From: Bacillota bacterium
GTDB lineage: Bacteria > Bacillota > Clostridia > Saccharofermentanales > Fastidiosipilaceae
Direction of reading: 5' to 3'
DNA length: 64,000 bases
NCBI GenBank assembly: GCA_030057555.1
Contig: JASGUU010000020.1
Span: 5,286-69,285 of the forward strand
Below the pieces are notes generated by a model that made no database searches, was not told the origin of the DNA, and worked only from the letters and a program-made list of their open reading frames with translations. The position numbers were made by a program, and so were the translations under genes. This document shows positions 9,129-19,548 of the stretch, in pieces. Each line of letters begins with the position of its first letter. The first letter of the stretch is position 1.

Positions 9129-10148
9129 TCAGGGCTCTGCCGTGCTCTCCCCGGCCGCCCGGTTTTCTGCAGCCGCCTGCTCCTCCGCGATTCTGGCCGC
9201 CTCTTCCCGGACACGGATGCGCTCAAAGAGCTCATCCTGATCCGCGACAATCCGGTCGAGGAGGTCGAAGCCGAGATCCTTTTCGCCGCCGAAACTGGGT
9301 TTCATCAGAAAGACCTCGCGTCCGTAGATTCCGAAAGCCTCGAAAATACCGCTCTCCGTGGCGTCTAAGATGTAGATGGGCACTTCCGCTCCCGGCGTCC
9401 CCGCTCCGCCCGTCGTGGCGTTTTCCTCCTCAGGCTCACGCGGGGCCAGACGGACCGGTGTGAACAGTCTCAGGACGCGCTCTTCGCCGTGCTTCGCGAC
9501 GAGCCGCTCCCAATAGTCGTCAAACGGCTCGAAAAAACCCTCCTCGTGGAAAAGATCAACATGGCTCTGGTCCAGAAGCATCAGATCGGTCGGCTGCGAG
9601 CCGGACATATAGATCATGCGCTTCGTAATGGCGGCCATCTCCATCTCGGGATCGATGTCGCCCCCTATGGTCAGAACTTCGAAGACAGGCTTCTCGATCG
9701 TTTCGATCTTCGCTGCATAATCACCAAGTGACTCAATCTTCTGGTCCTGTGTCAGACTCGAGCTGCCGACATCGACAATGGCTCCGATCGCCGCCAGCTG
9801 CAGATCCGGCTGCTTGTTCGTAAGGACCGTCACGATGATCGAAATAACGAGGGCGAGCGCCAGTGCGATGGCGATAAAGGGCCGCCAGCCGTAGTGGATG
9901 ATGTTTCGCCACTGATAGACGGACTTCCCGAAAACCACGCGGCGGTCACTGGCTTTCGGCGGAACAAAGGGCTTATCGTCGCCCTTGAGGTGCCGGTAGG
10001 CGGCATTGATGCGCTCAAGCTCCGCTTTTCCCGGCTCGTCGATGCGTTTGGCATAGCCCTTGATCAGGCGGCCATAGCGCGCCTCGATCTCGTGGCTGTT
10101 CGCCTTTGTTCCCAGACCCAGAATTTCAAGGGCTTCTCTGTTGGTCAA
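9129..10148 (-). CDS. Membrane-anchored protein with N-terminal J-like domain (no HPD motif)
   Basis: N-terminus REALEILGLGTKANSHEIEARYGRLIKGY...INAAYRHLKG resembles a DnaJ J-domain but lacks HPD. One TM segment (FIAIALALALVISIIVTVL). TTG start with GGAGGAAG upstream. Confidence 0.6.
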   Translation of the reverse strand: MTNREALEILGLGTKANSHEIEARYGRLIKGYAKRIDEPGKAELERINAAYRHLKGDDKPFVPPKASDRRVVFGKSVYQWRNIIHYGWRPFIAIALALALVISIIVTVLTNKQPDLQLAAIGAIVDVGSSSLTQDQKIESLGDYAAKIETIEKPVFEVLTIGGDIDPEMEMAAITKRMIYMSGSQPTDLMLLDQSHVDLFHEEGFFEPFDDYWERLVAKHGEERVLRLFTPVRLAPREPEEENATTGGAGTPGAEVPIYILDATESGIFEAFGIYGREVFLMKPSFGGEKDLGFDLLDRIVADQDELFERIRVREEAARIAEEQAAAENRAAGESTAEP

Positions 10149-10468
10149 GTCTCACTTCCTCCGAGCGGCTTCTTTGGGAAATTCAGATCATGCAATGTAC
10201 AGATGTCGAGCAGGAGCCGATTACAGACATGTCCAGATCGGCAATATCCCAAAGCTTCATAATCCTTCCGGCATGCTGTAACCCTACATGACACTGCTCT
10301 CCTGCGCTCAACACCTGGAGATTATAACGCTTTTTAAAAAACGGCCGATGAACGTCCGGCAAACAGGAAAGAAAACATGTCCGTCCGAGGATCCGGCCAG
10401 AGGTGGTGAAAAGGCTGACATCAGCTGCCGAAAAAGAAGAGTTCGCGCTGTTTGTCTTCAGATGCGGA

Positions 10469-11719
10469 TTACAGCTTAATCCTTTTCGGAAAGGCTTCCC
10501 TGCTCATGATGCCCCACATTTTGTCGATGTACGAATATGTGTAAAAGCTCTCGTAGTGATGGTAGTAAAATGCCCCTTTTAATGTCATGGAGTAGGTGCC
10601 ATCTTTTTCTTCCAGCAAGCCCAGTTTCTCAGCCACTCGAAACTCAAGCCCGTAAAAGCGGTAAAAATCCTCTCCGAAAAAGGCCTCAAAATCGCTTACA
10701 CGCATTTCGTTGCCATACAGGGTCCAGAACAGATAGTAGATCATCCTCTGTCTAAGCGAGAACTTGATCGTGAGGGATGTCGGGAGGCGATGATCATGAA
10801 CACGCCTGATGTACTCCTCCACGGAGAATGTGTTTATCTTAAAGCTGTCCAGCAGCAGGGTTGTCGCCGAACAGCCGAATCCCAGAAAGTTGTCTCTGGT
10901 CATGGATGAATAACCGGCATCCTTTTGACTGGCAAATGTCCAGATGGATTTGCGCACACAGCCTTTGTCCAGCAGATACCTGGTCGTCTGGTCGAGCAGC
11001 TTTCTTTTCTCGTCTTTCTTCATTTCGCCTATTTCGTTTTTTGTAAAGGCAAAATCGATGAAGGGATAAATGGCTACGTGGTTCGCTCCCAGCGCAAAGG
11101 CCATGTCCAGATCCGCTTTCAAGTCCGCGAAGGACTGGCCGGGCAACGCAAAGATAAAGTCCATGGACACCGTGTCAAAGCTGAAATCCGACAGGATCCT
11201 GGACAGATGATCCGTATCTATCTTTTTCCTGCCCAGTATATGCTGGTATTTGTTGTTAAACGACTGAATTCCGATGCTGACTCTGTCTATGCCGGCCATC
11301 TTCAGGGAGCCCAGGATATCTTCCTGCAGATCGCTCGGATGCAGCTCAATCCCCATGCCTTCTTCGATATCGAAATATGTCCCGAGCTTTTTCACGACCT
11401 CGCCTGTTCTGTCTGAAAGCAGAGCCGGGCTTCCGCCGCCAAAGTACAGGCTCGTGACCTTTCTCCTCTCCTTTCCGGAGCAGACCAGGTCTATCTCATG
11501 CATTAACGCGTCCATGTATCTGTCCGCCAGATCCGGAACGTATTGCATTTTGCAGTAGGGACAGAATTGGCAGATGCTTCTGCAAAAGGGTATGTGCACA
11601 TAGAGGCCCAGATTGACCAGATCCTGATATTCGACGGAACTGTCATTCCTGTCGGTAAAAACGAAGGGTCTAAAAGACCTCGTGAGATACATTCTGGTAA
11701 CGGTAGACAGAATACTCAT
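10469..11719 (-). CDS. Radical SAM enzyme, HemN/HemW (coproporphyrinogen III oxidase-like) family
   Basis: CxxxCxxC motif in YVHIPFCRSICQFCPY, GGGSPALL, and a HemN_C-like C-terminus. SD AAGGAGAA. GC about 42-48% against 58-68% in neighbours. Confidence 0.9.
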   Translation of the reverse strand: MSILSTVTRMYLTRSFRPFVFTDRNDSSVEYQDLVNLGLYVHIPFCRSICQFCPYCKMQYVPDLADRYMDALMHEIDLVCSGKERRKVTSLYFGGGSPALLSDRTGEVVKKLGTYFDIEEGMGIELHPSDLQEDILGSLKMAGIDRVSIGIQSFNNKYQHILGRKKIDTDHLSRILSDFSFDTVSMDFIFALPGQSFADLKADLDMAFALGANHVAIYPFIDFAFTKNEIGEMKKDEKRKLLDQTTRYLLDKGCVRKSIWTFASQKDAGYSSMTRDNFLGFGCSATTLLLDSFKINTFSVEEYIRRVHDHRLPTSLTIKFSLRQRMIYYLFWTLYGNEMRVSDFEAFFGEDFYRFYGLEFRVAEKLGLLEEKDGTYSMTLKGAFYYHHYESFYTYSYIDKMWGIMSREAFPKRIKL

Positions 11720-12140
11720 GGTCTTCTCCTTGTGAGATTCTCATACAACCAAATGTATTACTTGCCTTCAGCCATTCGGCACCCTGTTTGTGGCCGGTGC
11801 TGGACTGTTTCACGACTGCAGCCTTTGGCAGCCTGGCAGCGGCCCGCATCATTCCATCTTCACCGCTGCTGGTCCACCGCAACCAGGTATACGTGCAGAC
11901 ATGCCTGTCGCTCCTGCCGACAATGACGTTGCCGTCAACGACCCGGCGGGGAAAGACCCGATAGAAACAGCAGCCCGGCGTCGATAATGTGTCGTTGAAG
12001 CCCACAGCGCTCACCACGCAGAGACAGCTCATCCTCGTCTCGCCCGGTGCCTGACGGTAGATGACCTGAGTCTCAGCATCCGGAGAAGCCGTCCAGCACA
12101 ACTGTGCGGTGCTTCCGAACAGGTGAAACAGACGAGTCAT
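11670..12140 (-). CDS. Hypothetical Cys-rich ORF, possibly a gene remnant
   Basis: Only an open frame. It overlaps the radical SAM start by 50 nt and runs through that gene's SD. No family recognised. Confidence 0.25.
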   Translation of the reverse strand: MTRLFHLFGSTAQLCWTASPDAETQVIYRQAPGETRMSCLCVVSAVGFNDTLSTPGCCFYRVFPRRVVDGNVIVGRSDRHVCTYTWLRWTSSGEDGMMRAAARLPKAAVVKQSSTGHKQGAEWLKASNTFGCMRISQGEDHEYSVYRYQNVSHEVF

Positions 12141-12164
12141 CCGGAGTTCCGTAATCCGGTGAAA

Positions 12165-12201
12165 ACGGCCGGGACGTACTGCTTTCAGCTGCCTCGGCCG
12201 T
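12165..12201 (-). terminator. Possible terminator downstream of lysS
   Basis: 7-bp stem acggccg/cggccgt with a 23-nt loop, followed on the minus strand by TTTC. Confidence 0.35.
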
Positions 12202-12228
12202 CTGTTGTGGCATAACCCGAATGGTCCG

Positions 12229-14154
12229 CTAGTACAGCTTGGCCCCGACCGGTATATCGTCGTCCAGGATGAGAAGGTTCAGGCCTTCTCCCCCATCATA
12301 TTCATACACGGCCGAGATAAGCATTCCCTGTGAGGGGATGCCCATCATTTTCCTTTCCGGCAGATTGGTTATGGCGACGAGGGTCTTCCCGATCAGGTCT
12401 GCGGCCCGGTAGTATTTTTTGATCCCGCTCAGGATGATCCGATCCGTTCCAGATCCGTCGTCCAGGGTAAACTTCAGCAGCCTGTCGCTCTTCGGAATCT
12501 CTTCACAGTCCAATACCTTCACCACTCTGAAGTCAGACCGCGAGAAAGTCTCGAAGTCAACCATGTCTTCAAACAGCGGTTCAACTTTCACTCTGGAGAG
12601 GTCCAGACTCCGGCGGGCGGCCGTCGGCTGGGTCTGCGCTCCGGCACTGCCCTCGCGGGATTGTTGTTCATCGGGCGCATTCACCCCGAGTGGCTTCATC
12701 GTCGGGAACAGCAGGACGTCGCGGATTGAAACGGCATCCGTGAGCAGCATGACCAGGCGGTCAACACCGATGCCGAGACCGCCGGCCGGCGGCATGGCAT
12801 ATTCGAGAGCCGTGCAGTAGTCCTCGTCCATGCGGCTGGCCTCCTCGTCACCGGCCTCGCGCAGCCGCAGCTGATCGTCAAAGCGCGCCCTCTGATCGAG
12901 GGGATCGTTGAGCTCGGAGTAGGCGTTGGCCATTTCGCCGCCGTTGATGAAGAACTCAAAGCGCTCCACGATATCCTCGACACCAGCCTTCCGCTTGGCG
13001 AGCGGCGAGATGGCGAGCGGGTAGTCATAGACAAAGGTCGGCTGAATCAGCTGCGGTTCACAGAAGGTTTCGAAGAAGGCGTTAAAAACCTCGCCCCAGC
13101 CCCAGTGCGCCTCCACCGTCACCTGGTGTGCCGCAGCCGTCGCGGCCAGCTCCACAGGATCACGCAGCGCATAGAAATCTATACCGGTGGCCTCGAGCAC
13201 GAGATCGCGCATGCTGACACGGCGGAAGGGCGGGGTCAGGTCGATGGCGACCTCCCCCCAGCAGAGCTCGGTCGTCCCGCACACGGCCTCTGCACAGGCG
13301 ACAAACAGCTTCTCCGTGAGGTCCATCATGCCGCGGTAATCCGTGTAGGCCTGATAGAGCTCGAGCATCGTGAATTCAGGGTTGTGGCGCGTCGAGATGC
13401 CCTCGTTTCTGAACATGCGGCCGATCTCGTAGACGCGGGTCAGGCCGCCGACCAGCAGGCGCTTCAGGTAGAGCTCCGGCGCGATGCGCAGGTAGAGATC
13501 GAGATCGAGGGTGTTGTGGTGGGTGACAAAGGGTCTGGCCGCCGCGCCGCCCGGGATGACATTCAGGATGGGCGTCTCCACTTCGAGAAAGCCCGCCTCA
13601 TCGAGTGTCCGGCGCAGCTGGCGCAGGACCTGGGCGCGCTGGATGAAGCGCAGGCGCGAATCCGGATTGACGAACATGTCGAGGTAGCGCTGGCGATAGC
13701 GCAGGTCGACATTCTGCAGGCCGTGAAACTTTTCCGGCAGCGGGCGCAGACATTTGGCCAGCAGCGTCCAGGAGGCGACGCGGATGGAGATCTCCCCCGT
13801 GCGTGTGCGCATCACCGTGCCCACGATGCCGAGCAGATCGCCGGTGTCAAGGTCGAGCCAGGCGGCGTAGTTCTCCTCGCCCAGCGCATCGATGCGGACA
13901 AAGAGCTGGATGCGGCCACGGTCGTCCTGCAGATCGCCAAAGGAGGCCTTTCCCATGCCGCGGCGCCCCATCAGGCGGCCGGCGACACGGACCTTCTCTC
14001 CCTCAAGGGTCTCGAAATTCTCCCGGATCTCGGTGGTGACATGCGTGACCTCGAAGGTGGTCAGGGCATAGGGATCGCTGCCGCTTTCCCGCAGACGGTC
14101 GAGCTTGTTCAGGCGGGCTTCTACTTGTTCATTGCTGTTGGGCAGACGCGGCAT
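12229..14154 (-). CDS. lysS: Lysine--tRNA ligase (class II) fused to a C-terminal tRNA-binding (Trbp111/EMAP-like) domain
   Basis: Class II LysRS core ending [13 protein letters not shown] 153-aa tail follows, with [42 protein letters not shown]...[25 protein letters not shown], as in MetRS/PheT tRNA-binding domains. Confidence 0.95.
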   Translation of the reverse strand: MPRLPNSNEQVEARLNKLDRLRESGSDPYALTTFEVTHVTTEIRENFETLEGEKVRVAGRLMGRRGMGKASFGDLQDDRGRIQLFVRIDALGEENYAAWLDLDTGDLLGIVGTVMRTRTGEISIRVASWTLLAKCLRPLPEKFHGLQNVDLRYRQRYLDMFVNPDSRLRFIQRAQVLRQLRRTLDEAGFLEVETPILNVIPGGAAARPFVTHHNTLDLDLYLRIAPELYLKRLLVGGLTRVYEIGRMFRNEGISTRHNPEFTMLELYQAYTDYRGMMDLTEKLFVACAEAVCGTTELCWGEVAIDLTPPFRRVSMRDLVLEATGIDFYALRDPVELAATAAAHQVTVEAHWGWGEVFNAFFETFCEPQLIQPTFVYDYPLAISPLAKRKAGVEDIVERFEFFINGGEMANAYSELNDPLDQRARFDDQLRLREAGDEEASRMDEDYCTALEYAMPPAGGLGIGVDRLVMLLTDAVSIRDVLLFPTMKPLGVNAPDEQQSREGSAGAQTQPTAARRSLDLSRVKVEPLFEDMVDFETFSRSDFRVVKVLDCEEIPKSDRLLKFTLDDGSGTDRIILSGIKKYYRAADLIGKTLVAITNLPERKMMGIPSQGMLISAVYEYDGGEGLNLLILDDDIPVGAKLY

Positions 14155-14182
14155 TTTGGGGGCCTTTCTTCGCTGCCGGGCT

Positions 14183-14680
14183 CTAAGCCTGGTCGCCGCT
14201 GGTGGGCACTTCGATCTTCAGGATCTTGTACTTCAGGACACCGGCGGGGGTCTGGACCAGGGCCACCTGGTTGCGGCGCTTGCCCATGATGGCCTGACCG
14301 ACCGGCGACTCCGTCGAGATCTTGTTCGCGAGGATATCCTCTTCCTTCGGGCTGACCACGGCGTAGACCTCGGTCTCGCCGGTGCCGTCATCGAGCAGCG
14401 TGACCAGGCAGCCCGTCGTCACGTTGGTCTTCGAGATGTCCTCATCCTCGATGATACGGGCGTTTTTGAGAATCGACTCGATTTCCTGGATGCGCGCCTC
14501 GTTCTCGCCCTGGGCCTGCTTGGCATCGTCATACTCGGAGTTCTCCGAGAGGTCTCCGAAAGCACGTGCGGCCTTGATCCGCTCGGCGATCTCGTCGCGC
14601 TGCTGGAATTTTCTCTGGTCGAGCTCCTCCTGGAGCCGGTTCATACCATTGACGGTCAGTTCATAACTCTGAGCGGGCAT
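14183..14680 (-). CDS. greA: Transcription elongation factor GreA
   Basis: Coiled-coil N-terminus with [14 protein letters not shown] and a C-terminal FKBP-like domain. The greA-lysS order is common in Firmicutes. Confidence 0.95.
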   Translation of the reverse strand: MPAQSYELTVNGMNRLQEELDQRKFQQRDEIAERIKAARAFGDLSENSEYDDAKQAQGENEARIQEIESILKNARIIEDEDISKTNVTTGCLVTLLDDGTGETEVYAVVSPKEEDILANKISTESPVGQAIMGKRRNQVALVQTPAGVLKYKILKIEVPTSGDQA

Positions 14681-14695
14681 ATGTACCTCCTGCGC

Positions 14696-16201
14696 CTAGG
14701 CCCGGCGCTCTGATTCTTTGGCGATCACGTCGTGCGCGCCGCCCTCGACGATGCTGGTGGCACTGACCATCACGAGGCGGGCGTGCTCCCGGAAATGGTC
14801 GAGATTGGTGGAGCCGCAGGAGACCATGGTCGCCTTCAGCTTGGCGAGGGTGCTGTCGAGATTCTCGCGCAGGGAGCCGGCATAGGGAACATAGCTGTCC
14901 ACGCCCTCCTCGAAAGCCAGACCCGTCTCGCTCCCGGAATGGCCGTAGCGCTGCCAGTTGCGCGCACGGTTCGAGCCCTCGCCCCAGTACTCCTTCACAT
15001 AGGCACCGTTCACCACCAGGCGACGGCCGGGACTCTCGTCGAAGCGGGCAAAATAGCGTCCGAGCATCAGGAAGTCCGCGCCCATCGCCAGCGCCAGCGC
15101 CATATGGTAGTCAAAGACAATGCCGCCATCCGAGCAGATCGGAATATACCAGCCGGTCTCCTCAAAATAGCGGTCACGGGCCCGGGCTACCTCCATGACA
15201 GCGGTGGCCTGACCACAGCCGATGCCCTTCTGCTCGCGGGTGATGCAGATGGAACCTCCGCCGATGCCGACTTTGATAAAGGAGGCGCCATGATCGGCGA
15301 GATAGCGGAAGCCCTCCTCGTCCACCACGTTACCGGCACCGATGGGGATGTCGGGATAGTTTTCGCGCACCCAGTCCAGCGTGTCGGCCTGCCATTCGGA
15401 GAAGCCATCGGAAGAGTCGATGCAAAGCACATCTGCTCCCGCCTCCACGAGGGCCGGCACGCGCTCCCGGAAATCGCGCGTGTTGATGCCGGCTGCGGCC
15501 AGCAGGCGTTTCGAGGCATCCAGCAGCTCGAGGGGATTATCCTTATGCTGCTCATAGTCCTTCCGGAACACGAGTCCCACGAGATTCCCATCGCCGGTAA
15601 TGATGGGCAGCTGGTTGATCTTGTGATCCCAGATGATATCGTTGGCCTCGCTCAGGCTGATGCCCTCCGGAGCGGTCACGAGTTTCTCCAGCGGGGTCAT
15701 GAAAGAGGTCACCACATCGCTGAGTTCCATGCGGCTGACACGCGTGTCGCGCGAGGTCACGAGGCCCAGCAGCCGGCCATTCGAGCTGCCGTCATCGGTG
15801 ACGGCGATGGTGGCGTGTCCGGTCCGCTGGCGGATCTTAAGCACATCGGCGAGTGTTGCCGTCGGCGTCAGGTTGGTGTCCGAGACGACGATGCCGGCCT
15901 TGAACTTCTTCACCTGACGGACCATGGCTGCCTGATTCTCGATCGACTGCGAGCCGTAGATGAAAGACAGACCCCCCGAGCGGGTCAGGGCGATGGCGAG
16001 ATTGGCATCCGAGACCGCCTGCATGATGGCGCTCGTCATGGGGATGTTGAGCTGCAGCGGTGAGGCTTCCTGGCCGCGACGATAACGGACGAGGTCGGCG
16101 CGCAGCTCGACATTTTCCGGAATGCAGTCACGGGTTGTCAGATTTGGGATCAGCAGAAATTCGCTGAAGGTACGGGATTCCTGTTCAAATAATCGGGCCA
16201 T
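14696..16201 (-). CDS. guaB: IMP dehydrogenase
   Basis: [11 protein letters not shown]-terminus, CBS pair, catalytic loop [12 protein letters not shown]. Start set to ATG 16201, preceded by GGAGGAG. Confidence 0.88.
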   Translation of the reverse strand: MARLFEQESRTFSEFLLIPNLTTRDCIPENVELRADLVRYRRGQEASPLQLNIPMTSAIMQAVSDANLAIALTRSGGLSFIYGSQSIENQAAMVRQVKKFKAGIVVSDTNLTPTATLADVLKIRQRTGHATIAVTDDGSSNGRLLGLVTSRDTRVSRMELSDVVTSFMTPLEKLVTAPEGISLSEANDIIWDHKINQLPIITGDGNLVGLVFRKDYEQHKDNPLELLDASKRLLAAAGINTRDFRERVPALVEAGADVLCIDSSDGFSEWQADTLDWVRENYPDIPIGAGNVVDEEGFRYLADHGASFIKVGIGGGSICITREQKGIGCGQATAVMEVARARDRYFEETGWYIPICSDGGIVFDYHMALALAMGADFLMLGRYFARFDESPGRRLVVNGAYVKEYWGEGSNRARNWQRYGHSGSETGLAFEEGVDSYVPYAGSLRENLDSTLAKLKATMVSCGSTNLDHFREHARLVMVSATSIVEGGAHDVIAKESERRA

Positions 16202-16375
16202 GACTCCTCCACAAGCGCGTGTGCCGCAGTGAGCGGCAGCGGGGCCGATGTGAGAAACGATCGTCCCTGCCGTGCGGAAGATCGAAAGCCAGGGACAAGC
16301 CCTCCTTTCCTCACACAGCCAAGCGATCGTTTTTATAATGGCGCTATGATAGCACACGGCCGGCTTTTTGCAGCA

Positions 16376-16408
16376 ACAAAAACAGCCGCTCCGCAGGGAA
16401 ACGGCTGC
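16376..16408 (-). terminator. Rho-independent terminator after dfx
   Basis: Minus strand reads cagccg-N13-cggctg followed by TTTTTGTTG. Confidence 0.6.
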
Positions 16409-16434
16409 TTCGCTTCCGGAAATCCGGTCAGAGC

Positions 16435-16812
16435 TCAGGCCTCGGCCATCCAGAGTCCGTGCAGATTGCAGTACTCGTAGACCCGTACCGGGCCCTCACC
16501 GACGCAGAAGTGCGCGCGCGGCTCCTCGCCAGGCTTCAGATACTGAATCTGGACCTTCCCGCCGCAGACGGCGGCGATGAACTCGATATAGTGCACCTCG
16601 AGCATCGGATGCTCGACTGATCCGACTACGACGTCGATGCAGTCGCCCGTCCGGGTTACGTCGGGCACATGCTTCTCGCGGGCGGCATCAACAGTGCCTG
16701 CATCGAGCAGGACCATGGGGCTGCCGCAGCAGGCGGGCACGATGCCGGCGTCATGCAGCATCATCACGATGTTGCCGCATTTTTCACAGCGGTAGAGTTT
16801 GAAATCAGCCAT
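16435..16812 (-). CDS. dfx: Desulfoferrodoxin (2Fe superoxide reductase)
   Basis: N-terminal desulforedoxin CxxC...CC ([10 protein letters not shown]...PACCG) plus SOR domain (KHVP, HPM, CNLHGLW). Start ATG 16812 with GGGAGGA. Confidence 0.9.
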   Translation of the reverse strand: MADFKLYRCEKCGNIVMMLHDAGIVPACCGSPMVLLDAGTVDAAREKHVPDVTRTGDCIDVVVGSVEHPMLEVHYIEFIAAVCGGKVQIQYLKPGEEPRAHFCVGEGPVRVYEYCNLHGLWMAEA

Positions 16813-16913
16813 GGGTGTGTCCTCCCTCGCCATCACTTCGAGTTATTGTAGCCTGCTTCGAAGGCCATGATGAAATGATAGCCGTTATCATTATAGCACA
16901 TCGCCGTCACGCC

Positions 16914-17153
16914 TCAGGCGGCATCGTGTCGCGCCTGCTCAGCAAAGGCTCCCGGCCGCGGAAAGGCGGCACTCCTGAGCCTGTCATGTCCGGCAGGTGC
17001 ATCATCTGCGCGGCTGCCCGCCGACTGCAGCTGTATCTCCCGCAGGCTCCGCTCCAGACGCTTCCGCTCACGGGTGTACCTGTCCAGACGACGCAGATGA
17101 GCGGCATAGAGAACCATCCAGAGCAGTCCGGCAAGTAATATCGCGATGGCCAT
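16914..17153 (-). CDS. Small single-pass membrane protein (79 aa)
   Basis: ATG 17153 preceded by AGGAGGA. MAIAILLAGLLWMVLYAA TM segment, then a charged tail. No family recognised. Confidence 0.45.
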   Translation of the reverse strand: MAIAILLAGLLWMVLYAAHLRRLDRYTRERKRLERSLREIQLQSAGSRADDAPAGHDRLRSAAFPRPGAFAEQARHDAA

Positions 17154-17328
17154 GGGTATCCTCCTGCTGCACGGTCGACACCGTACATTCGTTCGGTTTT
17201 TGCCAGAATACACCGAACATACATTCCCTGTCAAGCTGTTCGCGGGCAAACAGTTATGATGGAAAGAACAACATGCTCCGTCGCCTGCGGCAGCGTCAGG
17301 CGCTGCCAGCCATCCGGGAGGATCGCCC

Positions 17329-18390
17329 ATGAAACCCGCACATCGTTCGGATCCGGAAACCTGCTTCGATCTCGTAGCTCTCGGCGAGCTGCTGATCGAC
17401 TTCACTCCCCTGCCCACTGCCGGCGGAGAGGCTCTGCCACGGACATTTATCGCCCACGCCGGAGGCGCGCCGGCGAATCTCGCCTGCCAGGCGGCCAGAC
17501 TGGGACGCCGCTGTGCCTATGTCGGCGCGATCGGCAACGATGCTCTCGGGCATCGTATCGTCGCCACGCTGGCCGCCCATGATATCGACGTATCCCTCGT
17601 TGCCGTCATTCCGGATGCCCCGACGACCCTCGCCTTTGTCGATCTCAAGCCGGACGGCGAACGCGATTTTTCCTTCGTCCGCAATCCCGGAGCCGATACC
17701 AGACTCGTTATGCACTCCGGGCTCGAGGCCCTGCTCGCCAGGGCGCGCTGCCTGCACCACGGTGCCCTCTCGCTGACCCATGAACCGGCATTTGCCACCA
17801 CGACAGCGGCGGTACGGCAGGTACGGGAGCAGGGCGGCCTCGTCTCCTACGACCCCAATGTCCGTCTGCCGCTCTGGCCGGATGTCGGACTGCTGCGCTC
17901 CCGCTCGCTTGGCGCACTCGCCGGCTGTGATCTCGTCAAGCTCAGCGATGACGACCTCGCGGTGCTCGAGCCGGAGGAGGGCCGGGAGGCACTCGGCGCC
18001 TGGTTTGAGCGCTATCCACTGCGGCTTATCCTGCTGACGTCGGGACGGGCGGGGGCAGAGGCCATCTGGCGGCGTGCGGACGGCCGCGTGGAACGAACGG
18101 GCGTCGCCGCGAGCGATCCCGGACGGCCCTCCGTCGACAGTACGGGAGCAGGCGACAGCTTCACCGGCGCCTTCCTCAGCGCTCTCTTCGAGCGGCTGCC
18201 GTCGGCGGCGCCAACGGAGAGCCGGGCGAACTTTGCCGCCTGGATCGATTGGGTCGATCATGAAGAGATGCGGAAGCTGCTGCGCTATGCCGCCCAGATT
18301 GCGGCCATCTCGACGACACGCTCGGGCGGAATCTCGAGCCTCGGCGATGAGGCCGAACGGCGCCGGATCTTCCCGTCTGAAAAGCGGTAA
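17329..18390 (+). CDS. PfkB-family carbohydrate kinase (fructokinase/ketohexokinase-like)
   Basis: LGELLIDF N-terminus and DSTGAGDSFTGAFL ATP-binding signature. SD GGAGGA. Confidence 0.85.
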   Translation: MKPAHRSDPETCFDLVALGELLIDFTPLPTAGGEALPRTFIAHAGGAPANLACQAARLGRRCAYVGAIGNDALGHRIVATLAAHDIDVSLVAVIPDAPTTLAFVDLKPDGERDFSFVRNPGADTRLVMHSGLEALLARARCLHHGALSLTHEPAFATTTAAVRQVREQGGLVSYDPNVRLPLWPDVGLLRSRSLGALAGCDLVKLSDDDLAVLEPEEGREALGAWFERYPLRLILLTSGRAGAEAIWRRADGRVERTGVAASDPGRPSVDSTGAGDSFTGAFLSALFERLPSAAPTESRANFAAWIDWVDHEEMRKLLRYAAQIAAISTTRSGGISSLGDEAERRRIFPSEKR

Positions 18391-18478
18391 CGAATGCTTC
18401 GGCGCAAAGCCGCCCGAAGACACATACTTCCGGATCAGGCGCCTGACGCCGTGATTGTTTGAAATGAGAGATAAACGA

Positions 18479-19408
18479 ATGGAACGACACGATATCATCA
18501 TTGTTGGAGCAGGCCCGGCCGGCATGGCGGCAGCCGTCTATGCGAGCCGCGCCGCCTGGGATGTCCTGATGCTGGAACAGCAGATGCCGGGAGGCAAGCT
18601 GCTGCTGACAAGCGAGGTGGAGAACTACCCCGGGACCGGGCTGCTTTCGGGCCCGGATCTGGCCGATGAAATGTACCGCCACGCCACCATGTTTGGAGCC
18701 GTCCACGCCTGGGGTGATGTCCGGAAGATCGAACGCAGTCCGGAGGAGGGGGCTAACAGCCTGCTCGTGCACTGTGCGGACCGCAGCCTGGAGGCCAGGG
18801 CCGTAATCGTCGCCTCGGGAACAAAGGAGCGCAAACTCGGGATTCCCGGTGAGGAAGAATACTATGGCATGGGCGTTTCCTACTGCGCCGTCTGTGACGG
18901 GGCCTTCTTCCGCGATCGCGAGACACTCGTCATCGGGGGCGGCTCGACCGCCTTTGAGGATGCTCTGTACCTGACCAGATTCGCCTCGAAGGTGACGGTC
19001 GCCATGCGCCGCGATGTCTCGCGTGCCGAGGTGCTCACCCAGCAGCGCGTTCGTGACAATCCGAAGATCGATGTCAGACACTGGTGGGTGCCCCTCGAGA
19101 TTCTGGGGGAGAACGGCCGGGTGAGTGCGGTGCGCTTCAAAAACGTCAAGACAGACGAAGTCTTCGTCCATCAAACGGCGGTGGTCTTCCCGCTCATTGG
19201 CGTGCTGCCGAATACGGACTTCGTCGCAGCTGAGATCCTGGACGGCGAGCGCTATATCGTGACCGATGAGCGCATGCGCACCGGCGTGCCGGGCCTCTTC
19301 GCCGCCGGAGATGTGCGTGCCAAGCGCCTGCGCCAGATCGTCACGGCAACGAGCGACGGCGCCATCGCTGCCGAGGAGGCAGGCCACTATCTCGACATGC
19401 TGGGGTAG
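18479..19408 (+). CDS. trxB: Thioredoxin-disulfide reductase
   Basis: IIIVGAGPAGMAAAVYA, redox CAVCDG, GGGSTA, AAGDV. Start chosen at ATG 18479 (MERHDIIIVG); ATG 18464 is possible. Confidence 0.93.
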   Translation: MERHDIIIVGAGPAGMAAAVYASRAAWDVLMLEQQMPGGKLLLTSEVENYPGTGLLSGPDLADEMYRHATMFGAVHAWGDVRKIERSPEEGANSLLVHCADRSLEARAVIVASGTKERKLGIPGEEEYYGMGVSYCAVCDGAFFRDRETLVIGGGSTAFEDALYLTRFASKVTVAMRRDVSRAEVLTQQRVRDNPKIDVRHWWVPLEILGENGRVSAVRFKNVKTDEVFVHQTAVVFPLIGVLPNTDFVAAEILDGERYIVTDERMRTGVPGLFAAGDVRAKRLRQIVTATSDGAIAAEEAGHYLDMLG

Positions 19409-19470
19409 ACGGCTGCGGCCGGGCCAGGCCCTGTGCCTTCGCGCGGCCGTGCGGACATCAGGCAGATGCA

Positions 19471-19504
19471 GACAGCCTGTCCGGGCAGATCCGGGCAGGC
19501 TGTT
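19471..19504. terminator. Strong hairpin between convergent trxB and zinc-ribbon gene
   Basis: 13-bp stem acagcctgtccgg / ccgggcaggctgt (one G-U) with a 6-nt loop. T-rich run (ttgtcagtatt) on the plus strand. Confidence 0.5.
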
Positions 19505-19548
19505 GTCAGTATTGGGCGGCTGGCGGGCAGTCTGATGGCCCGCAGCAT

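Noticed and set aside
16202-16357. Purine/guanine riboswitch in the guaB leader
   Set aside because: The leader has long-range pairings (aaacgatcg/cgatcgttt, gtccctg/cagggac, tgtgag/ctcaca). It lacks the conserved purine-riboswitch loop and junction sequences, and no terminator or anti-terminator alternative is evident. It is left as an unexplained structured leader.
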